From NCBI GenBank assembly GCA_963981005.1, contig CAXCCM010000001.1, positions 1 to 47,142 on the forward strand: a stretch of 47,142 nucleotides of DNA, given 5' to 3'. The stretch's first letter is position 1, and every line of letters starts with the position of its first letter. The position numbers and the translations under genes were made by a program. Of the stretch, positions 1-8,972 are shown in pieces. The notes beneath the pieces are model-generated. The model made no database searches. It had not been told where the DNA came from and saw nothing but the letters and a program-made list of their open reading frames with translations. The DNA is from an uncultured bacterium (lineage in GTDB: Bacteria; Cloacimonadota; Cloacimonadia; Cloacimonadales; TCS61).

Positions 1-1890
1 GAATTCAGCGTGAATGCTTATGATCCTGATGGTAATACATTAGAATACAACTGGCAACTCGATGGCACTCAAGTTTCTGTAAATGCATATTATGACTTCC
101 TCCCAGATTTCAATTCTGCGGGAGTTTACGAAATCACATTGGATATTACAGACAATTTTGTTACAGATAACAGTATTAGTTTTAGTTGGAACGTTACCGT
201 TATTGATGTTGACCAAGAGATAATTGTTGTAGAATTAATTCCTAATGTAACTACAATTGCTTTAAATGAAGGTGAATCAGTTGCTTTCTCTATAAATGCA
301 TTTGACCCAGATGGAAACGATCTTACATATTCCTGGGATTTAGATGGAGCACAAGTCAGCATTTTAGATTCCTACGAATTTATTGCAGCTGTTGGTTCAA
401 ATGGTTCCTATCTGCTTACATTAAATGTAAATGATAACTATTCTGATAGCTCATTAGAGTTTAATTGGGATATCACAGTATTTGATCCTTCAATAAATAT
501 TGTTATTAATCAAATCTCCCCAGCACCTGGAAATCTTTCAATAGCAGAGAATGAAGAAATTAATTTCTTTGTTGATGCATCTACACAAAATGGTGATGAC
601 CTTACATATAGTTGGATGCTTGATGGATCTATTGTTTCAACAGATGCATTTTATGATTTCCTTACTGACTTCAACTCTGCTGGAGAATATTTAATCAATT
701 TAGAGATTGAAGATGAGATGAATCCTGTAACTCATCTTGAATTTACATGGATTGTAACCGTAACTGATGTTGATCAGGAGATCGTAATTAATTCTTTAGA
801 ACCAGAGCCTGGTCTTGTAACAATGCTTGAAATGGAAGTATTAAACATGTCTATCGATGCATTTGACCCTGATGGGAATGATCTTGATTATCTGTGGAAA
901 AAAGATGGTGAAGAAGTTTCCACATCAAGTTTTTATAATTTCTCACCAGATTACAATTCTGCAGGTGAATATCTTATTATTCTATCAGTTACAGATAATT
1001 TCTCTGACAATTCTCTTGTTTTTGAATGGAATGTAATTGTGGAAGATGTAAATCCAAACTTGATTATTGATGATATAAATCCGAATCCCGGTGAAATGAA
1101 TATAGCTTTAAACGATACAATAAATTTCTATATAAGTGTAAATAATCCTTATGGAGATATCTTCTTTAGTTGGGTTTTAGATGGAGCTGAAGTATCAACA
1201 AATTATGATTTCCAATTCAATGGAAGTGAATATACTTTAGGGCCATATTATCTACAACTTACAATCTCTACAGAAGATATTACTCGAGAGACCTTGCAGT
1301 TCGATTGGGGAATTACTGTTACAAATATTAATTTAATGCCAATTGCTGACGCAGGGGAAGATCAGCATGTAACTCATAATGTTTTAGTTCAGTTAGATGG
1401 CTCCGGTTCATACGATCCAGAAGGAGAAGACCTTACATATTTGTGGATTACACCAGATGAGATTGTATTATCAGATCCTACAATTGTAAATCCTACATTC
1501 AATGCTCCGGATGTTCCCGGTGAGGTTGACTATTACATTCAGCTAATTGTAAATGATGGATATTGGAATTCAGAACCAGATGAAGTTATAATTACAGTTG
1601 ATGAAATCGGGATCGACGATCCGGTTATAATTCCTCATTTAACAGAATTACATAACAACTATCCGAATCCGTTTAATCCATCCACAATTATCAAATTCGA
1701 TGTAAAGGATGATGAAACCGCAATTCTAAGGATCTTTAATTTGAAAGGACAACTTGTAGAAAGCAATATATATAGCTCCGGTTCTCATACTTTCGAATGG
1801 AATGCAAATAGAGTTAGCTCCGGTGTCTATTTCTATCAACTTAAAAGCAGTTCATATACAAGTACAAGAAAGATGATCCTCCTAAAATAG
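1..1890 (+). CDS. Secreted multi-repeat (PKD/Ig-like) surface protein with a C-terminal T9SS sorting domain. The 5' end is cut by the window edge.
   Basis: Frame 1 is open from nt 1, so the ORF-track start at nt 10 is a GTG inside an open frame. There are five ~94-aa tandem units with DPDGNxLxYxW-type motifs. These are followed by a PKD-like unit (ADAGEDQ..LDGSGSYDPEGEDLTYLW). The last ~80 aa carry NNYPNPFNPSTII...SGVYFYQL, the signature of type-A Por/T9SS C-terminal domains. Confidence 0.8.
   Translation, partial: EFSVNAYDPDGNTLEYNWQLDGTQVSVNAYYDFLPDFNSAGVYEITLDITDNFVTDNSISFSWNVTVIDVDQEIIVVELIPNVTTIALNEGESVAFSINAFDPDGNDLTYSWDLDGAQVSILDSYEFIAAVGSNGSYLLTLNVNDNYSDSSLEFNWDITVFDPSINIVINQISPAPGNLSIAENEEINFFVDASTQNGDDLTYSWMLDGSIVSTDAFYDFLTDFNSAGEYLINLEIEDEMNPVTHLEFTWIVTVTDVDQEIVINSLEPEPGLVTMLEMEVLNMSIDAFDPDGNDLDYLWKKDGEEVSTSSFYNFSPDYNSAGEYLIILSVTDNFSDNSLVFEWNVIVEDVNPNLIIDDINPNPGEMNIALNDTINFYISVNNPYGDIFFSWVLDGAEVSTNYDFQFNGSEYTLGPYYLQLTISTEDITRETLQFDWGITVTNINLMPIADAGEDQHVTHNVLVQLDGSGSYDPEGEDLTYLWITPDEIVLSDPTIVNPTFNAPDVPGEVDYYIQLIVNDGYWNSEPDEVIITVDEIGIDDPVIIPHLTELHNNYPNPFNPSTIIKFDVKDDETAILRIFNLKGQLVESNIYSSGSHTFEWNANRVSSGVYFYQLKSSSYTSTRKMILLK
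10..1332 (+). repeat. In-frame tandem coding repeats: five units of about 282 nt (~94 aa).
   Basis: The DPDGN-like motif recurs at aa 5, 99, ~194, 286 and ~380 of the ORF. Units 1, 3 and 4 additionally share D[FY]NSAG[VE]Y and V[DT]DVDQEI. Confidence 0.75.
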
Positions 1891-1914
1891 TAGAACGGTT
1901 AACAACAAACAAAA

Positions 1915-1942
1915 CAACAGCCCCGATAATTCGGGGCTGTTG
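1915..1942. terminator. GC-rich hairpin between convergent genes. It is a likely intrinsic terminator, best for the minus-strand gene.
   Basis: CAACAGCCCCG-ataatt-CGGGGCTGTTG forms an 8-11 bp stem. On the minus strand it is followed by TTGTTTTGTTTGTTG. On the plus strand there is no clean T-run. Confidence 0.7.
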
Positions 1943-1970
1943 CATATTACTAATACGATAAATAACTATA

Positions 1971-4166
1971 TCACTTCAGTAGTAAGCATTTTTTAACAGA
2001 CTCAGATCTACCATCAATATATAATCTATAAAAATATATTCCAGAGCTTACCTGTTTATTGTTGGAATCTTCCCCATTCCAAACAATCGAATGTTTCCCT
2101 GCCGAAATATCATTGTTTAAAAGTGATCTTATCTTTTGCCCTTTTACATTGTAAATTGATAATTTAACTTTGGCTTCTTCGGGAATTGAAAAAGAGATCG
2201 TTGTTGTTGGGTTAAATGGATTCGGATAATTATTAAGTTGAATATTTGTAAATGGTACAATTTCTGGATCAACTGAAACTAGATCTATCCATTCTTCTTG
2301 AAACTCAAGATCTATTGCTGCATATCGCAATGCACTATTAGTAAGATTTCCTCCTCCAGAAGTTTGACCGGTACAAGATCCATAATCTCCATCATCCATA
2401 AAAACAAAATGTAATTTTGCATGATAATTACCCGGTTCATTACTCATTATTTCCAACTTATCTCCAAGAGTAACATTTACAGGCAGCATGTCTTCAAATT
2501 CAGGAGCATAATTCCCATCATAATGATTAGCTGGATCGATAATATTATCGTTAGGGTTCGCATTTATGTATAAAATATCTGACCAAGTTTCACCTGAATC
2601 GTCTGAGATTATTATGCAAATTTCTGGTTGTTCAACCCATCCCCCATAATCAGGTACCTCATAAAATGCATTCTGCAGCTTTCTTCCATCATGCCATACA
2701 CCAACAACCCAATTACCATTTGATGTCATTTTACAATTACTCTCATGATAATATGCATCCTGCCAACCACCATCAGAATTGAAGAACCAGCTTGGACAAC
2801 TAGCTGGAATTATTGACTCAAGGTTCTCATCATACTCATCAATTTCACCATCTTCATTAAGATCGTATGCAATTGCTAATTGATCATCTCCGGGATCTGT
2901 ATCCTGAATATCCAGATCATAGAAACTGAATCCACCTGTAATTGTATTAAATGTAAATATTTTGGGATAAATAAACTGAGGAAAGTAATTGCCAATGTTA
3001 ATATTATCTTGTGAATTGTAGTTTACACCACTCATCCACTGTACTTTTGAGTTATCATCACCCGTGAATACTCCATTATAGTGTGATAAATCATAACTTG
3101 GAATTGCATACATTTCTTGATTACCAAACATCGGTAGACCAGTATAAGTGTTTGTTAAGTTAGGAAGTTCCTGTTTTAATTGTTGAGAATGTTTTGTGAA
3201 GGTTTCTCCATAATCATTGCTATACAAGGCAAAAAGAGAATCTGCTACATTTCCAAAGAACACAACTTTTCCATCAACATCACTTACTATCATGTCTTTA
3301 TTAACTTTTGCTATCTCATTATAATACATACTATCAAAATAAGGGAAAGGTTGCACTGTCCAATCGAATGAAGTCCAATTCAATAGATGATCTGAATTGA
3401 AATCTGTATATAAGTAAAGTGAATTGGGACCGCACCCTCCTGAACTACTTAGGTTGTTTCCATAAATATGAATTCTTCTATGCCCAGCAATTGGTGAAGG
3501 GCCAATATGAATTTGTGGCCAAATAAATTCATCATCAATATGCCCTGTAGCCTGCTCACCGATCTCAGGATTATCAATACTAATTATCGGACCTATCCAA
3601 TTCCCCGGGAAACCAGATTCATGAAATATAGAAAATGACATTGAACAATCATAACTTCCATCATATTCAACGACAGAGTGCCAAATAACAAATGGATCTG
3701 CAGTTATTGGATCTATCGCTATTGAAGTAAAACCTTCTCGAATAGAACTAAATGGATTAGCTTGTTCACTTATATTCAAGGTACCATCAGGATTCATATA
3801 ACTATAATATGCACGTCGATCAAAAGTAATATTGTCTGTTTCTGATCGAGCATAAGAAATAAATATTCCTCCTGCAGGATAACCATTTGGTTGTGAATTT
3901 TCTGGTTGAATTCTTACGTTGTGCCCGTTGTAGCTGAATGGCATGAAATCATAGAACGAGTTTATAAGAAAAGTTGTAGATTCTCCATCTCCATTGGGTA
4001 TAAAGGAATATTCCGGAGCTGGATCCTGCTCTCTGTGTCCGGTTCTTGTTCCCACGTGTGTAACTTGATGTTGAACATCAATTGCAATTTGAGACGGCTG
4101 CATAAAATCATTAGCGAATACAAATACAGATAATAAAGTAATTAAAAAGATTATAGTAATTCTCAT
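1971..4166 (-). CDS. Secreted BNR/Asp-box repeat protein (sialidase-like beta-propeller candidate) with a C-terminal T9SS sorting domain.
   Basis: There are two Asp-box motifs, SNDYGETF and SDDSGETW. The C-terminus reads NNYPNPFNPTTTISF...SGIYFYRL. I place the start at ATG 4166 (MRITIIFLITLLSVFVFA signal peptide), which is preceded by GGAGGAGAA. The ORF-track start at 4232 would add 22 aa and would overlap a TTGACA box. Confidence 0.75.
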   Translation of the reverse strand: MRITIIFLITLLSVFVFANDFMQPSQIAIDVQHQVTHVGTRTGHREQDPAPEYSFIPNGDGESTTFLINSFYDFMPFSYNGHNVRIQPENSQPNGYPAGGIFISYARSETDNITFDRRAYYSYMNPDGTLNISEQANPFSSIREGFTSIAIDPITADPFVIWHSVVEYDGSYDCSMSFSIFHESGFPGNWIGPIISIDNPEIGEQATGHIDDEFIWPQIHIGPSPIAGHRRIHIYGNNLSSSGGCGPNSLYLYTDFNSDHLLNWTSFDWTVQPFPYFDSMYYNEIAKVNKDMIVSDVDGKVVFFGNVADSLFALYSNDYGETFTKHSQQLKQELPNLTNTYTGLPMFGNQEMYAIPSYDLSHYNGVFTGDDNSKVQWMSGVNYNSQDNINIGNYFPQFIYPKIFTFNTITGGFSFYDLDIQDTDPGDDQLAIAYDLNEDGEIDEYDENLESIIPASCPSWFFNSDGGWQDAYYHESNCKMTSNGNWVVGVWHDGRKLQNAFYEVPDYGGWVEQPEICIIISDDSGETWSDILYINANPNDNIIDPANHYDGNYAPEFEDMLPVNVTLGDKLEIMSNEPGNYHAKLHFVFMDDGDYGSCTGQTSGGGNLTNSALRYAAIDLEFQEEWIDLVSVDPEIVPFTNIQLNNYPNPFNPTTTISFSIPEEAKVKLSIYNVKGQKIRSLLNNDISAGKHSIVWNGEDSNNKQVSSGIYFYRLYIDGRSESVKKCLLLK

Positions 4167-4203
4167 TTCTCCTCCCCAAAAAAAATGAAATAGCATGCCT
4201 AAA

Positions 4204-4232
4204 GATTGATTTATTTTAGATATTTTTGTCAA
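4204..4232 (-). promoter_or_regulatory. Candidate promoter for the BNR/T9SS gene; only the -35 TTGACA is clear.
   Basis: TTGACA lies on the minus strand at 4232..4227, 61 nt upstream of ATG 4166. The -10 is weak (TCAATC at 17 nt spacing). Confidence 0.3.
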
Positions 4233-4454
4233 ATCTTACATTTTTACTCCTCATATGATACAACAATAATATGCAATTGTAATTCCAATCTAATGAAATC
4301 AAAAATTTATTAATACTAATTAATAAATATTAACTAGTTATAGTGTTGCCCATCACATTTATTTTTTATCTTTCATAGAGTTTATCAATTTGTATGAAAT
4401 ATCTTTTTCTGCGGAATTGATTATGCAGTTAGTGCTTTGTATTCAACGATAAAA

Positions 4455-4490
4455 TAAAAAACCTTCCAGATTAAATGGAAGGTTTTTTTG
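4455..4490. terminator. Intrinsic terminator downstream of asnS, with a bidirectional shape.
   Basis: The sequence is AAAAAACCTTCC-agattaaat-GGAAGGTTTTTTT. The 7-bp stem is flanked by an A-run and a T-run. Confidence 0.8.
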
Positions 4491-4510
4491 TTTTTATCTC
4501 TATCTATGAG

Positions 4511-5809
4511 TTACGGATTGATCCTGTTTATCATTCTTGGAAATGGAATAACTTCACGAATATAACGAATACCGCTCATCCACTGTATCAATCTTTCGAG
4601 TCCTATCCCAAATCCACTATGTGGAACAGAACCGTATTTTCTAAGATCGAGGAACCATTGATAATCCTTAACATCGTATCCTTCTTTTTTAATTCTATCT
4701 AAAAGGATATCGTGATCATCTTCACGCTGCGATCCACCAATGATCTCTCCAAATCCTTCTGGTGCGATTAAGTCTGCTCCCAGAACAAGATCAGGGTTAT
4801 CTTTATCACGTTTCATGTAGAATGATTTTATCTCTTTGGGCCATCTTTCCACAAATACTGGCACATCATACTCGGCAGTGATCATCTCTTCTTCAGGAGC
4901 TCCGAAGTCATCTAAATAATCAATTTCAACACCTTTACTTTTAAGCATATCAATAACTTCTCTGTGTGTCATTCGTTTAAATGGAGCATCTGCTTTTTTC
5001 AGTTTCTCTACATCTCGTTCAAGAATTTCTAACTCTTTTGAATTTCTTTCTATTACTGTGCGAATTACAAAACGAATTAGTGCTTCCTGAATCTCTATAT
5101 TTTCATCATGCTCAACAAAAGCAGCCTCCGCATCCATCATCCAGAATTCAGTAAGATGTTTTCTAGTTTTCGATTTTTCTGCTCTGAAAACAGGACCAAA
5201 GTCATAAACTTTCCCCAGACTCATTATTCCTGCTTCCAAATAGAGTTGCCCAGATTGAGAAAGGAAAGCAGAACCCAAGTCAAAATATGGAACTTCAAAA
5301 AGAGTAGTTGTTCCTTCACTTGCATTTGGTGTAAGAATTGGTGAATCGAATCTGTAAAATTCGTTCTTATTCAGGTATTCACATATTGCATAATAAACTG
5401 TATGACGGATCTTTAGTGCTGCTGTCTGCTTTTTAGACCTTAACCATAAATGTCTTTGAGAGAGTAAGAAATCAACTCCGTGTTCCTTCTTCCCTATCGG
5501 ATAATCTTCAGATTTTCCAATGATATTTAGATCTTTAAGTTGGAATTCAAACTCACCTTCACGCTTTGGGTGTTCTTGAGGAACGCCTATTATTTCTACG
5601 GAACACTCTAATGTTATCTTTTTAACTTTTTCGAATATTTCTTCACCCATTTCTGGTTTAAAAGCTACTGCTTGAATATCTGCATGAGCATCACGGAAAA
5701 TTACGAAACGTAATTTACTGCTGCTTTTACGATAATTTCGTACCCAACCGCGTAATTTTACTTCTTCACCGATATGGTCTTTTATCTCTTTTAATGTTAT
5801 TAATTTCAT
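4511..5809 (-). CDS. asnS: Asparaginyl-tRNA synthetase (class II).
   Basis: The protein is 432 aa and has an N-terminal OB fold (VKLRGWV). Class II motifs are present, including GGSQRE..YGSVPHSGFGIGLERL. The C-terminal IPFPR is typical of AsnRS. The RBS is GGAGAATATAG-ATG. Confidence 0.88.
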   Translation of the reverse strand: MKLITLKEIKDHIGEEVKLRGWVRNYRKSSSKLRFVIFRDAHADIQAVAFKPEMGEEIFEKVKKITLECSVEIIGVPQEHPKREGEFEFQLKDLNIIGKSEDYPIGKKEHGVDFLLSQRHLWLRSKKQTAALKIRHTVYYAICEYLNKNEFYRFDSPILTPNASEGTTTLFEVPYFDLGSAFLSQSGQLYLEAGIMSLGKVYDFGPVFRAEKSKTRKHLTEFWMMDAEAAFVEHDENIEIQEALIRFVIRTVIERNSKELEILERDVEKLKKADAPFKRMTHREVIDMLKSKGVEIDYLDDFGAPEEEMITAEYDVPVFVERWPKEIKSFYMKRDKDNPDLVLGADLIAPEGFGEIIGGSQREDDHDILLDRIKKEGYDVKDYQWFLDLRKYGSVPHSGFGIGLERLIQWMSGIRYIREVIPFPRMINRINP

Positions 5810-5822
5810 CTATATTCTCCGA

Positions 5823-6803
5823 TTATTTCTTTTTATCTATTTTATTTACAATTTCTAATGCAACTTCTAACGCACGGGTACCGGCATTACCATCAACAAC
5901 CGGATTTAAATCTGCTTCAACCGCATGAATGAAAGATTCCAACTCTGTTGTGAGCGCATCTTTCTCGCGATCGGAAGCCTTCACCTCCACAATGTCAACT
6001 ACATCTTTTGTATCAATATTTTCATATTTACCCATCATTAATTTAGGTAAAACTTTATATAAATTCTTAGATTTCTTAATATGCTTCACGCTCTTATCCT
6101 GAAAGTCAATTGAGAAGTAACCATCTTTTTGGAATATTCTTAATTGCCTTGAACGCTTCATTGAAATACGGCTGGCAGTAATATTTGCAACTGCACCATC
6201 TTCAAATTCAATTCTGGCATTTGCAATATCAATGCTTTTGGTCATTACTCCTGCCCCACTTGCACTTATATGCTTTACTTTACTTTCCATAAAAGAAAGG
6301 ATCAGATCAATATCGTGGATCATGAGTTCTAATACAACAGGAATATCAATTCCTCGCGGTGTGAATGGTGCAATCCGATGGCATTCCATGAAAATTGGCT
6401 TTTTTACTTTATCCTCAATCTCCATAATTACCGGATTAAATCTTTCTATATGACCAACCTGGATCTTTAAATTATTTTCCTCAGAAATTTTAATAAGATC
6501 TTTAGCTTGCTGTAAAGTTTCAGTTATTGGTTTCTCAATAAAAACATGTATTCCCTTATTAAGAGCTTTCTCAGCTAATTCAAAATGTGATATTGTTGTA
6601 ACAACTATGAACAGAATGTCAATATCGGCTATAAGTGACTCAAAATCGGGAAATGACTTCGTACCCAATCTTTCAGATATCTCCTCAGCACGCTCTTTAT
6701 TCTTATCATATAGTCCTACAAAATCACATTTCTTACTCTCATTAAGTATTCTTGCATGATTCTGCCCAAACTGACCTACTCCAACAATTCCAACTTTTAA
6801 CAT
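5823..6803 (-). CDS. Gfo/Idh/MocA-family NAD(P)-dependent oxidoreductase.
   Basis: The N-terminal Rossmann motif is VGIVGVGQFGQNH and the family EKP motif (VFIEKPI) is present. The RBS is AAGGAG. Confidence 0.8.
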   Translation of the reverse strand: MLKVGIVGVGQFGQNHARILNESKKCDFVGLYDKNKERAEEISERLGTKSFPDFESLIADIDILFIVVTTISHFELAEKALNKGIHVFIEKPITETLQQAKDLIKISEENNLKIQVGHIERFNPVIMEIEDKVKKPIFMECHRIAPFTPRGIDIPVVLELMIHDIDLILSFMESKVKHISASGAGVMTKSIDIANARIEFEDGAVANITASRISMKRSRQLRIFQKDGYFSIDFQDKSVKHIKKSKNLYKVLPKLMMGKYENIDTKDVVDIVEVKASDREKDALTTELESFIHAVEADLNPVVDGNAGTRALEVALEIVNKIDKKK

Positions 6804-6838
6804 CTAAACTCCTTAAATATAACAAAAAATGTTAAATT

Positions 6839-6867
6839 CAAATTTTTTAGGAATTTCCTCGTGTCAA
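6839..6867 (-). promoter_or_regulatory. Candidate promoter for the oxidoreductase-asnS unit.
   Basis: On the minus strand, TTGACA (6867..6862) is followed by 17 nt and then AATTTG. Confidence 0.3.
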
Positions 6868-6960
6868 GCAAAGAAATAGATGTTCAAATGTAGAAATGCC
6901 CTCCAAAAGTTTCCAATCAAAATTGTACATCTTTGATTTCCTTTGTGCAATAACTCTTTC

Positions 6961-6989
6961 TTGACACTGCATTAATTGCAAAAATGATT
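6961..6989 (+). promoter_or_regulatory. Candidate promoter for gpmI.
   Basis: TTGACA lies at 6961..6966, 54 nt upstream of ATG 7020. The -10 is weak (ATGATT at 17 nt spacing). Confidence 0.3.
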
Positions 6990-7019
6990 GTTTTTGATGT
7001 TTAATTTTTTGGAGAAAAA

Positions 7020-8543
7020 ATGAATAAAGCACTTTTATTAATATTAGATGGATATGGAATTAATAGCAAGAAATACGGAAATGCAATAGCTGCAGCGAAT
7101 ACTCCTAATTTAGATAAATTCCACACACAAAATCCTGTTGGTAAGCTTACAGCAAGCGGACTTGATGTTGGACTGTTAGATGGAGACATGGGAAATTCTG
7201 AAGTTGGACATCTAAATATTGGTGCAGGTCGAGTCGTATATCAAATGAATTCACTTATAATGAAAAAGATAGATGATAAATCTTTTTTTGAGAATAAAGA
7301 AATTATAGATGCTATAGATCATGTTAAGATTCATAAAAGTAATCTGCACATTATGGGTTTACTGTCAAATGGTAATGTTCATAGTAATATAAATCACATC
7401 TGGGCATTATTGAAATTTGCAAAAGTAAATGGATTAGAACAAGTATATTTTCATGCATTCATGGATGGACGTGACACTTTGCCAAACTCGGGGTTCGGCT
7501 TTATAAAGGAGTTTCAGCAAAAATCAAAAGAGATTGGGATTGGGAAGATTGCAACAATATCCGGAAGATATTATGCGATGGATCGTGATACACGTTGGGA
7601 TAGAGTAGAGAAAGCGTATAAAGCATTTGTTCAAAGTGAAGGTGAAAATTTTACTGATCCTATCAAAGCAATTGAGAGTAGCTACAATGACAATATTTCA
7701 GATGAATTTATAATTCCTAAAGTAATTGTTACGAATGGTAAGGCTGTAGCTAAAATCAATGACAATGATTCTGTAGTAGCCTTTAATTTTCGAGCAGATA
7801 GAATGAGACAAATCACACGTGCTCTCAAGATCACAGAATTCGACGAGTTCCCAACAGAAGATCTTAATAACCTTAAATTTGTTTGCTTCAATGAATATGA
7901 TGTGAAATTCAATGAATTTGTTTCTGTTGCATTCAAATTACCAAAACTTAATAATATTTTAGGTGAGATCATTTCTAAGAATGGCTTAAAACAATTACGT
8001 TTAGCAGAAACAGAGAAATACGCTCATGTAACATTCTTCTTTAATGGTGGAGTGGAAGAACCTTTTATGAATGAGGATCGAATTCTTGTGAAATCGCCTA
8101 ATGTTGCAACTTACGATCTAAAACCAGAAATGAGTGCTTTTGAAGTTAAAGATAAATTAATTTCTGCTATTAATAGCAATGAATACTCGCTAATAATAAC
8201 CAATTTTGCAAATTGTGATATGGTTGGGCATACTGGTTTTTTTGATGCCGCCATTAAGGCTGTAGAGACCGTTGATAAATGTATTGGCGAAATTATTCCA
8301 ATTGGAAAAAAGAATAATTATAATATATTGTTAACTGCCGATCATGGAAATGCTGATAAAATGCTTGATAGTAATGGGAATGTCTTCACCGCCCATAGCT
8401 TGAATAAAGTTCCATTAGTTATTTCTCTTACTGGGAACAACCTCGCAGTTGATGGAGGTAAATTAGCTGATATTGCACCTACAGTTCTTAAGATCATGGG
8501 AATTCCAAAACCACCTGAAATGACAGGAAAATGTTTAATCTAA
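7020..8543 (+). CDS. gpmI: 2,3-bisphosphoglycerate-independent phosphoglycerate mutase.
   Basis: The protein is 507 aa. It has LLILDGYGI, ANTPNLD, MGNSEVGHLNIGAGR and TADHGNA motifs. The RBS is GGAG. Confidence 0.93.
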   Translation: MNKALLLILDGYGINSKKYGNAIAAANTPNLDKFHTQNPVGKLTASGLDVGLLDGDMGNSEVGHLNIGAGRVVYQMNSLIMKKIDDKSFFENKEIIDAIDHVKIHKSNLHIMGLLSNGNVHSNINHIWALLKFAKVNGLEQVYFHAFMDGRDTLPNSGFGFIKEFQQKSKEIGIGKIATISGRYYAMDRDTRWDRVEKAYKAFVQSEGENFTDPIKAIESSYNDNISDEFIIPKVIVTNGKAVAKINDNDSVVAFNFRADRMRQITRALKITEFDEFPTEDLNNLKFVCFNEYDVKFNEFVSVAFKLPKLNNILGEIISKNGLKQLRLAETEKYAHVTFFFNGGVEEPFMNEDRILVKSPNVATYDLKPEMSAFEVKDKLISAINSNEYSLIITNFANCDMVGHTGFFDAAIKAVETVDKCIGEIIPIGKKNNYNILLTADHGNADKMLDSNGNVFTAHSLNKVPLVISLTGNNLAVDGGKLADIAPTVLKIMGIPKPPEMTGKCLI

Positions 8544-8562
8544 TTACAAGGAGTTTTATATA

Positions 8563-8964
8563 ATGAGATCAGTTGATAGAATAGATATAAAGAAGAAAAG
8601 GCAAATCCCTGCTGCAACAAAATTAATAATGATGTTAGCTGTAATCATGGGTTTAGTATTGCATACTTGTTGGAAGAAAACTCAGGGTGACAACCTGCAA
8701 ATATCTGATATTCAGCTTTCTAACATTACTCGTATAAGTTTAGATATTTCTTTTACTATTGCAAGTAGAGCCAGTATAGAAATGGAAAAATCTTTTATGA
8801 TAGAAATTTATGCAAACGATGGAGAGCTACTCGCCAGCAAACTCACTCATATAAAGCTCCCACCAAAAACCAGGAAGAGATATATAAAAGTTTTACAGAA
8901 ATTTAATATGCCACTAGAAAGTCCCGACGACATTACTGATTTTAAAATATACGTTTATAAATAG
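8563..8964 (+). CDS. Hypothetical single-pass membrane protein.
   Basis: The ORF is 133 aa with an AGGAG RBS. There is one hydrophobic segment (LIMMLAVIMGLVL). I recognise no family. Confidence 0.55.
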   Translation: MRSVDRIDIKKKRQIPAATKLIMMLAVIMGLVLHTCWKKTQGDNLQISDIQLSNITRISLDISFTIASRASIEMEKSFMIEIYANDGELLASKLTHIKLPPKTRKRYIKVLQKFNMPLESPDDITDFKIYVYK

Positions 8965-8972
8965 GAGAAACT

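Noticed and set aside
1-6. The window begins with GAATTC (an EcoRI site), which hints at a cloning boundary.
   Set aside because: The other end of the window is not an EcoRI site, and GAATTC occurs repeatedly inside the window. It is most likely coincidence.
1-1332. Periodic ~282-nt repeats that might suggest a CRISPR array or satellite.
   Set aside because: The repeats are in frame within one long ORF and are diverged at the nucleotide level. There is no short repeat-plus-spacer structure. They are protein domain repeats.
4167-4232. A 22-aa N-terminal extension of the BNR/T9SS protein (ORF-track start at 4232).
   Set aside because: The internal ATG at 4166 has a GGAGGAG RBS and begins a canonical signal peptide. 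The extension would put charged and aromatic residues ahead of the signal peptide and would overlap the TTGACA box.
6847-7189. Two ~61-aa minus-strand ORFs in the oxidoreductase/gpmI divergent region.
   Set aside because: They overlap the promoter boxes and the gpmI 5' end, have no RBS, and their composition is not protein-like.
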